NCBI GenBank assembly: GCA_010909165.1
Contig: MU008156.1
Location: 496,001 to 560,000 of the forward strand
DNA from: Anthoceros angustus
Taxonomy: Eukaryota > Plantae > Anthocerotophyta
Direction: 5' to 3'
Length of the DNA: 64,000 bases
Under the pieces are notes generated by a model. That model did no database searches and was not told the DNA's origin. It worked only from the letters and a program-made list of their open reading frames with translations. Below, one piece after another: positions 49,483-60,943 of the stretch. Each line of letters opens with the position of its first letter. Position 1 is the stretch's first letter. The position numbers and the translations under genes were made by a program.

Positions 49483-52429
49483 GTTTTCAAGACTATGAGC
49501 ATGCAATAGTCAAGTATTGATCGATACTAGGTATTTGTGTAAAAGAAACATCTGTACTTGTGTATTACTTTTATGAAAGGGTGATAGATAGGTACTAGGT
49601 ATTGATAGCTGTCATATTAATTTGAGACATGACACGCTCCTTTCAAAAGATAAAAACTCAAAACAATATCTTAGCTAACATGTAAGAAAATTAGTATATA
49701 TTTAATTTAAATATTATTTATTTCATTTTTTTAATTTTTCATTTGATTGTGAACTCAGATATAGTCGCATTTTACAATGTGTTTCACCCTTGGAGCTACA
49801 ACATGAAGAATTTCATGAAAGAACTTTGTGTCTTATATGCGAATTTATTGAAGCCTTTGCTCGAGCAGTTGCCACGAATGACGTATAATAATTTTTAATG
49901 GAATAAATTTCTATAATTTCACTTAATAATTCAAATTAATAACGTTAATTCATTTGCAGGAAACGTATTTGGAGGAGGTAAGTATGCAATGGTGGGAAGT
50001 TTGGGAACATTGTCAAGAACAAAAGAGACCTTTAGCTGAATTACAACTCAAGCGTGATAGAAAATAGTGCTATAGAATATATATAGTTAAGTAGCAGCAT
50101 GTGAAGATACACTTAAAGGCAACACGCGTCCCAATTAGTTTGTACAAGAGGTGACAAATGTGTCAGCTAAGGTCCATGGAGTCCTTTTGGGCTTGATAGT
50201 TACTAAGGACAAACATTTTAGTTTTCTCCTTATTAGCTCGCCTCCAATACTATTTCCTTCTATGCCCTTGTAACCATAATTGATTATTAACATTGTGTCA
50301 CTGAAAAAATAAGTGTCAAAATGAAATACGACAAAAAGCAACAAATGGGTGTATTGCTATGATACAAGTGGCAGCACAAGTGGCAACGTACATATGTACG
50401 ATGTGCATTTGCTTGGGACATGTAGTAAATTCCATTGGCACACGTACATAGTGGGTACATAACATAGTGGACATGGCGGAGGGGCTAGGAAAAGACAGGA
50501 TGGAGGTGGGTGTGAAAAGGGAGGAAAGAAATGGCGGCGGACTGGGGCCTGCGTTGACGCTGGAAGTTGATGTGGGCATGGCAGGGGAGGGAGGGCAAGG
50601 CAGTTGGTGTCGGGATTCCAACATGCCAAGCCAAGGCAGTGGCACGGTGAGTGATCCCCGGCCCTGGCCTGGCATTCCGTTTCCGTACAGAGCAGGAGGA
50701 GGAGGAGGAGCAGGCAGGAGTCTCAAGTTGGGTTCCTGGTGAGTTGAGAAGCGGCTCGCCGTTGTCCGTGCCAGCACTGGATCGCCCTCACATGCTACAC
50801 AGAGGTGGAAGACGGAGTCTCCTCGATGCGATGATGCCGATGCCATAGCCGAGGCCGAGGGAGTTGTACACTTGTACTACAAGTGCATCCCCATCGAGTA
50901 TGTATATAGACCCGGGCGTACGTGCGCGTGAGACAATGTCATGCTTTAGGTCATGCGCGAATGGCGCTCATGGCGCCCATGACTCCATGACCTGGAGGAT
51001 GCCGAGGGCCGACTTGCGGCGCCTGGAGTCTGGATCCAGTCTCCGGACAGCATGCGGAATCCGGATTCTCCAGAAAGGGTGGCACTCGTAGGCTGGCAGG
51101 CTGCGGGTCCGGCCGCCGCAGGTGCAGGGGAATTTCGGCTGTGGGGAAGCGGTGCCCTGGTCAAGGCGAGGCAAGTGTGCCAAACATGTTGGCAACCTTG
51201 GCAAGCCGAGAGAGGCAGGCTGCGCGCGGCCCGCAGGTGAGGCCAGGCCAGGTGAGGCGAGGCGAGGGCAACATGATCCATCATGCGCAGTTTCCACCAG
51301 GAAACCTGTCCGGGACTCCTGCGCTCTGTCCAGCCCAGCCCTCCGTGCAGTCAAAATGCCAGCCAGATAACAGGCGAGGCCCGAGGCTGGATCAGCGTGC
51401 CGTGTCGGTGAAATGGACCATTTCACACCGCTGTCACCTCCATGCCACACCTTACGCCTCCACCTACTACTACACCTCCTCTCCATCCGACGTACCTTCG
51501 CCCTCTCCCTCCTACTCCCGCTAACCTCCACCGCCACACCGGCACTCGCACGACGCATTCCAACACAGAGGCCATGCGTGTTGCAACCCCGATCATGCCC
51601 CGAGTCGTCTCAATCCCTCATGCCATCCCCGCTTGACCGATGACCAGGGTTGGTCAATCATGCTACAGCCCATGCCCATGCGATGATAAGAGTACATACG
51701 CAAGCCCTACGACTCCATGGCCACGGTGCTGCCACCTGAAAAGAGAGAAAAGAGAAAAACAAGTGCAAGCCGGCCCCGAATCCGGAGATCCAGCAACGTT
51801 CCACGGCCCCCCTTGCGCCAACATATGCATTACCAATTGCATCCAACTCCTCGGACTCCTTTACCGACTTCCGAAAAAACCTCCAAGCCATACGCCATAA
51901 TCCTTGGAATGCCGCCTGCTGCTGCTGCTGCTGCAATGTGCATAAGCCTCGGCCTCCACAACACGCACATAAGCGCCAAATCGCTCTCCCCGCCCGTCGC
52001 CCCGTCGCCATTGCAGATGTGCCAAGCTCGAGTGTGGACTTGGCGCTTCCGGACAAGCTGTCGGCAACGCACCTTCCGCGTCCCTTCCAAACCCTAAAAA
52101 TCGGAAACCACGTCTCCTCCCCGCTGTGGTACATCGAAACGTACAGGCCGTCTCGATCCGCGATCCCTGCACACGGCAACAGGCGGCTCATAAAGGCGAG
52201 GCCCCACGCCACCCGGTGCCGGTGCCGGTGCCCGCTACCGGACGCGCCCCACATTTCTCGATTACCGCTCCTCCGATCCGCTCATTTATTGCAATTTCGC
52301 TTTATTTCCGAAATTCCACCGCTCGTGTGCCGAATGATTGTCCCGGCCCGCCGACGCAGACGGAGAGGCAGAATTATTATATACCTACGCATCACAGTAT
52401 CTATGTCACTTGCCTTGCGTTGCGTTACC

Positions 52430-53662
52430 TTGCCTTGCCTTCCTGCCCTGCCCCTGCCCTGCCCTGCTCTGCCCTGCCCTGCCTGCTCCTGCCCTGCCGC
52501 CTGCCCTGCCCTGCCCTGCCCTGCCCTGCCCTGCTCCTGCCCTGCCCTGCCCTGCCCTGCCCTGCCTGCCCTGCCCCTGCCCTGCCCTGCCCTGCCCTGC
52601 CCTGCCCTGCCTCCTGTCTCTGCCCTGCCCTGTCTTGCCCCTGCCCTGCCCTGCCCTGCTCTGCCCTGCCCTGCCCTGCCCCTGCCCTGCCCTGTCTCTG
52701 CCTGCCCTGCCTCTGCCCTGCCCTGCCCTGCCCTGTCTGCCCTGCCCTGCCCTGCCCTGCCTGCCCTGCCCTGCCCTGCCCTGCCCTGCCCTGCCTCACC
52801 CTGCCCTGCCCTGCCCTGCCCTGCCCTGCCCTGCCCTGCCCTGCCCTGCCCTGCCCTGCCCTGCCCTGCCCTGCCCTGCCCTGCCTGCCCCTGCCCTGCC
52901 CTGCCCTGCCCTGCCCTGCCCCTGCCCTGCCTGCCCTGCCCTGCCCTGCCCTGCCCTGCCCTGCCCTGCCCTGCCCTGCCCTGCCCTGCCCTGCCCTGCC
53001 CTGCCCTGCCCTGCCCTGCCCTGCCCTGCCCTGCCCTGCCCTGCCCTGCCCTGCCCTTGCCTTCCTGCCCTTCCTGCCCTTCCTGCCCTTCCCTGCCCTG
53101 CCCTTGCCTTCCTGCCCTTGCCTTCCTGCCCTTGCCTTCCTGCCCTTGCCTGCCCTTGCCTTCCTGCCCTTGCCTTCCTGCCCTTGCCTTCCTTGCCTTG
53201 CCTTCCTGCCCTTGCCTTCCCTGCCCTTGCCTTCCTGCCCTTGCCTTCCTGCCCTTGCCTTCCCTGCCCTGCCCTTCCCTCCCTTCCCTGCCCTTCCCTT
53301 CCCTTCCTGCCCTTCCTTCCTTCCCTTTCCTTCCCTTGCCTTCCTGCCCTTGCCTTCCTGCCCTTGCCTTCCCTGCCCTTGCCTTCCCTGCCTTGCCTTC
53401 CTGCTGCCCTTCCCTCCCTTCCCTGCCCTTCCCTTCCCTTCCTGCCCTTCCCTTCCTTCCCTTTCCTTCCCTTCCCTTCCCTGCCCTTCCCTTCCCTTCC
53501 CTTCCTTCCCTTCCTTCCTTCCTTTCCTTCCTTCCCTTCCCTTCCTTCCCTTCCTTCCCTTCCTTCCTTCCCTTCCCTTCCCTTCCTTCCCTTTCCTTCC
53601 TTCCTTCCCTTCCCTTCCATTCCCTTTCCTTCCCTTCCCTTTCCTTCCCTTCCCTTCCCTTC
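52430..53662. repeat. Pyrimidine-rich satellite grading from (CCCTG)n through CCTGCCCTTGCCTT-type units to (CCCTT/CCTT)n
   Basis: Read directly; almost no A on the + strand for ~1.2 kb. Confidence 0.97.
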
Positions 53663-55042
53663 GCGCTGTTTTTTATAATTGAGAGTACCGACTTTCAAGT
53701 CACTGTTGCACCGTCCCACAAACGAAACCAACACGGAGCTGTGGCGGAGCGAAGGAAGCCGGATCCTTCACATCCGCCAACCACCGGGGCCAAGACGGCG
53801 ACAGCACGAAAGCCCGAAGGCCCAAAGGCCCAAAGCCGAGGCTGTCCCGTGATCAGTACTGGCGAAACATGTGGGCTCGGAGGCGCCCGAGTAAAACGTG
53901 GCCGGTGTCTGTTTCAGATGGCTCTCCTTTCCCTGTTCCTTTGCAGCACGTGCTGGGCTTAGCAAGCGCGCACCATTCGAACCCCAGAATGTAAAACGCT
54001 CCGGATAAACGTCCACGTCACGCACCTCGGTGGCGCGGACCCCTGGGCGGTGAATCCCGGGCCGCCACCTCCCCGACCCGGGATCGAATCACGCCCGCTC
54101 CGACACCTAGTAAAGCAGTGAAGCCCCGACACCTCCATTAACGCGCTCTTGTCCCTTCTCTTCTGTTGCAACTGGCTCCCTCGTCCCTCGTCCGTCGCCC
54201 GTCGCCCGTCCCCCGTTCCCGTTAGGATCCCGCCGCATCACACCGCATCGCATCGCATCGCATCGCATCGCACCCGCGGCTACCTGGCCGCCTGGCTGCC
54301 TGCCCCCATTCATACCTGTACACCCTAACGGATTCCGTTTCTCCGTATGTATCGTTCCCACATTACTCCCCACCCCCATCATCCCCATGCTCTTAATTGT
54401 GGCAGCATGACATGGCTGCGATTACGTAGTCAAGTGAAAGTGGACATTTCGTTTTGACTGCTCATTGACCACCATCACCATGACATGGAGCCTCATCACC
54501 TTCATGGCTCGCATCACTAATGATTCTCGGCAACGAGCAACCGGATCGGATCTGTTCAACACAGCCTTTTTGACTCACTGTCTTGTCATTTCAAAAATCC
54601 ACATCTGTATCTTCCCTTTCCTTTCGGAAGGGGGAAGGGGGGAAGGGGCGAAGGGGGGAAGGGTCTCTCGGGTCTAGGGTCTCGAAGATATTTTGCTTCT
54701 GTTAAACAATTAATGCCACATAGTTACGTCAAGTCTGCCGTGCTTGTTTGCGCCTTGTTTATTATGATGCGTTTATGTGTTCGGGTTTGGTTTGGGTTGC
54801 CTTGTGTGACGGTGGCGGCCTCATGGGAGGGCTGGCCACGCATTGCCACCTAACACGCGTCCCGAATCCAACTGTATGTATCGGGGTAAAATCTTGGAAA
54901 GGTGGGGGAACGCGCGGGATTTGACAAAGTACCGAGGGTGAGAGTTTAGGCGCGGATTCGCAGAAAATTCGGAGGTTTGGGATTTCGCCGCGTATCGCCG
55001 AGGATTTACTTTGGGTTGGGGGGAGCTGGCGCTGGGCGCCAG

Positions 55043-56898
55043 CGCGCAGCCAGGAAGAAGAAGCCACCTGCACCTGTGCTTGTCGTCTGCCTTTGCATTG
55101 CCTTGCCTTTCTGGGCCTCCTTCCTAGTTGCAGGTTGAAAGTTCCTGGTTCCGGGCCAAGGGCCAAAGGAAGGGCTGAGCCCGGGCTGCCCGACCTCCTC
55201 CTGCTAGCTGGCTGCTGTACAGCGCAAGCACGAGCGTAAGCACAAGCACAAGCACAAGCCCAATTCCCCCCTACATATTGCTGCTGTCCGCTGTCGCACC
55301 AGATGCGGTCGGTGCGCGTGAGCCCAGCGCCTGCTCCTGCTCCTGCTCCTGCTCCTGCCTGCTGCCCTCTTCTGAAAGCCGAAGGCGGAGGCTGAGTGGA
55401 ACTGCCATCGGCTGATTGCTTTTTTGTGGGTTCCTTGCCTTGGCGGGGACGCAATTCGTGGGAGAGGGGGATTTGGGGGGATTCGGAACTGGGAGCTCGG
55501 ATCGGCGGCTGGATGGGGCGTCGCGGCAGCGCGTGACGCAGGAACCATGTGTCAACGAGTGACGGTGGAAATCAGGAACAGCCGCGCTGTGAGCTGGGAC
55601 AGGGGATAATTCTGTTTGCGTGCGGCGGATTCGGGGAGGTTCTTGTGGATTGCCCGCTGGTGGGTATCCCGGGTGGATTTCGGGGCGCCTGGGAGGGTGG
55701 AGGATTGGAGGAGTGTTGTGTTGCATTGCGGATTTGGCCGTTGGAGCGTTTGGTTTGGCTTGGGCTGGGAGAGCGGTGTTTGCTTCCTTCTGGGGTGGTG
55801 AGGCAGGCAAGATTGAAGGAGGAGGAGAGCCAGGGGAGCCCAGAATTGGGCAGGCCAGGGGAGGAGAGGTGAATCGTATCCAGGAGCAGGGGCAGGGGCA
55901 GCGACAGGAGCAGGAGCAGGAGCAGGCTCCTCAGGGGGCTGCTGGGGACACCACCACGGCGCTCCAGATTCGCGCAGCCAGGAAGAAGAAGCCACCTGCA
56001 CCTGTGCTTGTCGTCTGCCTTTGCATTGCCTTGCCTTTCTGGGCCTCCTTCCTAGTTGCAGGTTGAAAGTTCCTGGTTCCGGGCCAAGGGCCAAAGGAAG
56101 GGCTGAGCCCGGGCTGCCCGACCTCCTCCTGCTAGCTGGCTGCTGTACAGCGCAAGCACGAGCGTAAGCACAAGCACAAGCACAAGCCCAATTCCCCCCT
56201 ACATATTGCTGCTGTCCGCTGTCGCACCAGATGCGGTCGGTGCGCGTGAGCCCAGCGCCTGCTCCTGCTCCTGCTCCTGCTCCTGCCTGCTGCCCTCTTC
56301 TGAAAGCCGAAGGCGGAGGCTGAGTGGAACTGCCATCGGCTGATTGCTTTTTTGTGGGTTCCTTGCCTTGGCGGGGACGCAATTCGTGGGAGAGGGGGAT
56401 TTGGGGGGATTCGGAACTGGGAGCTCGGATCGGCGGCTGGATGGGGCGTCGCGGCAGCGCGTGACGCAGGAACCATGTGTCAACGAGTGACGGTGGAAAT
56501 CAGGAACAGCCGCGCTGTGAGCTGGGACAGGGGATAATTCTGTTTGCGTGCGGCGGATTCGGGGAGGTTCTTGTGGATTGCCCGCTGGTGGGTATCCCGG
56601 GTGGATTTCGGGGCGCCTGGGAGGGTGGAGGATTGGAGGAGTGTTGTGTTGCATTGCGGATTTGGCCGTTGGAGCGTTTGGTTTGGCTTGGGCTGGGAGA
56701 GCGGTGTTTGCTTCCTTCTGGGGTGGTGAGGCAGGCAAGATTGAAGGAGGAGGAGAGCCAGGGGAGCCCAGAATTGGGCAGGCCAGGGGAGGAGAGGTGA
56801 ATCGTATCCAGGAGCAGGGGCAGGGGCAGCGACAGGAGCAGGAGCAGGAGCAGGCTCCTCAGGGGGCTGCTGGGGACACCACCACGGCGCTCCAGATT
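55043..56898. repeat. 928-bp tandem duplication (55043-55970, 55971-56898), apparently identical, ending at the base before the ERF ATG
   Basis: Both copies start cgcgcagccaggaagaag and end gctccagatt; the ORF track shows identical peptides offset by 928. Confidence 0.95.
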
Positions 56899-57082
56899 AT
56901 GTGTAGGAAAGTGGGGACCCCAGGCACGCCCAAGGATTCCTCAATTCCGCATACCTGGCTTCCGGCAGACTGCGCCAGTCCGGGCTCTAGCCCCAGCTTC
57001 GATTCTCTGCAGCTGTGTCAACAACAACAGCAACACCACCACCACCAGCAACAACAACCGCAGCGACAGCAGCAGCAGCAGC

Positions 57083-57123
<41 letters not shown>

Positions 57124-60100
57124 CGGCAAGCCAGTCCGACTGCTGCTGCTGCCGGAGTTCCTTCTTCCCGGCTCGACAGCGGGTTCCAGACACTCTCGGA
57201 CAGTTTCATGGTGTCGGTTTTGAGCCACGCGGCGGGGGGAGGCCGGGGAGCAGCGGGGCCTGGGCAGCCGGGATTGAGCTTCACCCATGGCCTGCCGCTT
57301 ATGCGGCAGAGGAGTGTGCCGGGGGCTGCTGCTTCCTTGGAGGCGGCGCACATCCTGGGATTTCAGGGAGCGGCCGCTTCTGCTGCTACCGGCCAGGTTG
57401 GGGAGGAGGGTGGTGGAGGGCACAAGAGCCTGGTGGCTGCTATCGGGCAGAAGAGGGAGAGGGAGATGGGGAGGGGCCCTGTGGTGGCGGGGAATGCAGC
57501 CTCCGGGCCCAGTTTGATGCGTTCTGAGAGTGTGGGGAGCTATGGAATGCCCCGGTCCTCAAAGAATCAGTCCGGGGATTTGAGCAACTGGACTTGGGAC
57601 TTCAGCAAGCACTTGGATCACGCACAGACCAGCGGGAGCGGTGGCGCTGGTGGCGCTGGAGGTAGTGACCACAGCCTCACTCAGGATTCCAGCTACAGCT
57701 CTGATACCGGTGGAAGGCCTTCCGATTCCCTGCAACGCCAGCAGTCCACCATTGATCAAGGTGTGCAGTGCACCCTTTCTTTTTCTTGGTCTGTTTCGTT
57801 TCAGCTGGACAGGATCCGATTTTGTGGTGTAGGAGGTTGTGGGAGTCATTCCATTACATTGTTGCTTCTTCTTTCCTGTTTGCAGCGATTAGCAAAGTGA
57901 CGGAGGTGAGCACACATGGAGAGGGGAGTTCAACTGCACCACCAGCAGCAGCAGCAGCATCAGCAGCAGGAGCTCCAGCTGGGGCTGCTGCTGGGGGTAT
58001 GGCTGTCGGTGGCACCAGCGTCGGGGCAATTGCACCGGCATCCACCTCGGCAGCACCCAAGAAGAGACGGTTTAGAGGAGTGAGGCAGAGGCCGTGGGGG
58101 AAGTGGGCTGCGGAGATCAGAGATCCTAAGAAGGCAGCTCGAGTATGGCTTGGGACCTTCGACACGGCAGAGGAGGCTGCTCGGGCTTACGACACCGCTG
58201 CCATCAAATTCAGGGGGCCCAGGGCCAAGCTCAATTTCCCTGACAGCAGGGTGGATGCGTCGGCTTCGTCAGGGCGGGCACTGCATTTCTCCCAGGCCTC
58301 CTTGGTGGCGGCGGCCAAGAAGCCCAGCGTCAGCAACTTCGGTGGCCAGTCCCTGGCGGACAAGTGGGCGGTTCGGCCCGGTGTCACCAGCGGGGAGGCT
58401 GCTTCTCAGATGCTTCATCACCCTGGGTGGTCCAACCTCGCCAAGGCCTCTAAGGATCTTCAGCCTGCTGCTGCGGCTTCTGCTGTGTCTGCGAAGCAGC
58501 ATACGTCTCCTCCTCAGCATTCTGCTAGCAGCTTGCCTGCGAATCCGCACTTGATGGTGGCTCAGAACTCTGCTGTTGCTCAGATGAGTCTCCTCCTCAG
58601 CATTCTGCTAGCAGCTTGCCTGCGAATCCGCACTTGATGGTGGCTCAGAACTCTGCTGTTGCTCAGATGATTGGAGGGCAACGGCTGCAGGACAGCACTC
58701 AGGCTGCTCAGGCTCAGGCTCACGCTCAAGCCCAGGCCCAAGTTCAAGCCCATGCTCAGGCACAGGCTCAGGCCCATGCTCAGGCACAAGCACAGGCTCA
58801 GGTCCATGCTCAGGCACAAGCACAGGCTCAGGCCCACGCTCAGGTCCAAGCTCATGCGCAAGCTCAAGCTCAAGCTCATGCCCAGGCCCAGGTCCAAGCC
58901 CATGCTCAGGCTAAAGCTCAAGCTCATGCCCAGGCCCAAGCCCAAGCTCAGAGCAAGGCCCAAGCTCAGCAAGCACAAGCACACCAGGCCCAAGCACAGG
59001 CTCAACAGCAGTACGGCCAAGTCACTTCCTCTCCTCCTATCAGCAGGGCCCTTCAGGGAAGCATCTGGGGCATGTCGGGAGCGAGTCAAGCTTCCTCTAC
59101 TCTGGCCAGTTCCGCCTTGCACCAGCAACAGGCTCAGTGGCGGAATGTGAAGCAGGAGGGCAGCAGCGAGTCCACCTCCTTCAGCCAGGCCAGTCCGTCG
59201 AAGCCAAAGTGGAGGGAGTCGAGCTCTGATTCATCCACACTCAGTGGAGCTGCGTCGCTGCAGATGGAGGGCAGCGGAGGGGCGGCATTGGAGGTGTCTA
59301 AGGAGGCTCGGAACAAGGTGAACTCGCCTCCCATGGTGACCACATCCGGGGGAATGCTGGCCAGCACGTCGGGAGGACTTTCCAGCATTCCGGAAGCTTA
59401 TCATCAGAGACCGGGGGGACCTACTGTCCAGGGGCAGCGCTTTTCCGAAGGCTTCCACCACAGATCTCTGTCAGCGGGAGTGGAGAGTCTGCACTTTTCG
59501 GAAGCCATGTATCATCGATCCTTGTCTATAGGGGCGGCGGACAAGATTCAATTCTCTGCAGCGCAGTCCCACTTCCCGGAGCCGAGGTATGCCCCTCAAT
59601 TTCAACACTATAATATGGGTTTTGGCCCTGTAGATCAGGGGGAACTGCAGTCAATTCTGGGGCCGGCGACAAGGACGATCTCATCCAGTGACCTGCAGCC
59701 GCAACAGTACCGCTCATCCCAGCATCTTTCTGTTGGGCACTCGGACTTCACGTCAAGACAGTTACATTTTCCGGGAACCCAACACCAGCAGCAGCAACAG
59801 CAACACTTGTCTGATTACAGGCTAGGTCAGCCCCTTTTTGCTCAGGAGCAGTTTCCTGCTCACTTCCAGATGGAGCAGCAGGGTCAACAGCAGCAGCAGC
59901 AACAGCAACAGTTTGTACAAGGCCAGGGACAGTTCGACTCCGGGAATGTTCAGTTCCCTCTACAGGGCTCCTCCTTGTTCCAAGCTAGTCAGCAGGAGCA
60001 GCAAGATGACCAGCAGCAGCAGTACACAGCCATACACCGCTCTATGGCCATGGCTTTGCTGGAGCAGCCAGAGCAGAACGACAGCATGTCTGATCAGCAG

Positions 60101-60280
60101 CAGCAGCAGCAGCAGCAGGTCTCGGATTGGCAATGGGACCACGTCTCGCAGATGGGGCTATGGAGTCCCAGCTCCGTCATGGGCCATACTGACGGCCCGT
60201 CTCCCAGAGACTCTCAATCCGGCTTTTCCAACATTTGGAATTTCGAGGATCGGCAGCCTCCGGGCTCGCAAGGCTTGTGA
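56899..60280 (+). CDS. AP2/ERF transcription factor, group X-like (ABR1/RAP2.6 type); intron 57761-57885; frame broken by an 83-bp duplication
   Basis: MCRKV start, poly[12 protein letters not shown] (CMX-1-like), intron upstream of the AP2 domain [58 protein letters not shown], and a Q/A/H- and Q-rich C-terminus to TGA 60278-60280. Confidence 0.88.
58505..58670. repeat. Exact 83-bp tandem duplication inside ERF exon 2
   Basis: gtctcctcctcagcattctg..gctcagatga at 58505-58587 and 58588-58670. Confidence 0.95.
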
Positions 60281-60943
60281 TCCTGGGGCTGGGCAGATGG
60301 CAGATGCCGTGCTTCTAGTTTGTCAATCAATCCCTGTTTTGGGAGTTACATTACATGAGACCAGGATTCCAGGCCGCAGTTGTATGTACGAGTGTGTAGG
60401 TGAATTCCATTAGCCCTGTTGTACTTTTTCTCCAGCGCCCCCCCCTTGTCCTTGGGGGTGCGCTGGAGGCCAATTTTGTAGACACTTGTCATCATTCAAT
60501 CACACAATACAGTCCACGACTCGCTCGTCCCTTCTATTTAATAGAATCGTGGCGAAGACGTCTTAGCCTCGGAAACACACGATGGAAATTCCACGACCCA
60601 ACCACTTCGGTAGGGAGCACACGGCGATGTCCGAGGGCCCTGTCCACGGGTCAACCAACCAGCTGGCCTACGTGCAGGAATGTTCACACGAGGTTCCAAA
60701 ATTGTTTTCAGTTGACACACCTTATCTTACGAATTACAACATAGGTAGCCCTGACCACAGGTGTCACAAGCCTCCACGCTATATCCGAGAAGTCCAGGCC
60801 TGGATGGAGTGTGTCCGAAAGAACAAGTGTCTTCGGGCTACCAGTTCGGATCCTTGCCGCGGTGGTCCCTGACCAGCTGCAATAACTTCTACTATGAGGG
60901 AAAGCATGCAAGGCTGTCGCGCGGGTATGCACGCGGACGCCAC

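Noticed and set aside
51938-53962. Long ORFs (674, 518, 446, 312 aa) rich in PALPC or GQGRA
   Set aside because: They are translations of the stop-free pentamer satellite, open in several frames; there is no evidence of coding.
54762-56738. Repeated - strand ORFs (230/276/179 aa)
   Set aside because: They come from the GC-rich ERF leader and its 928-bp duplication, and contain no domain.
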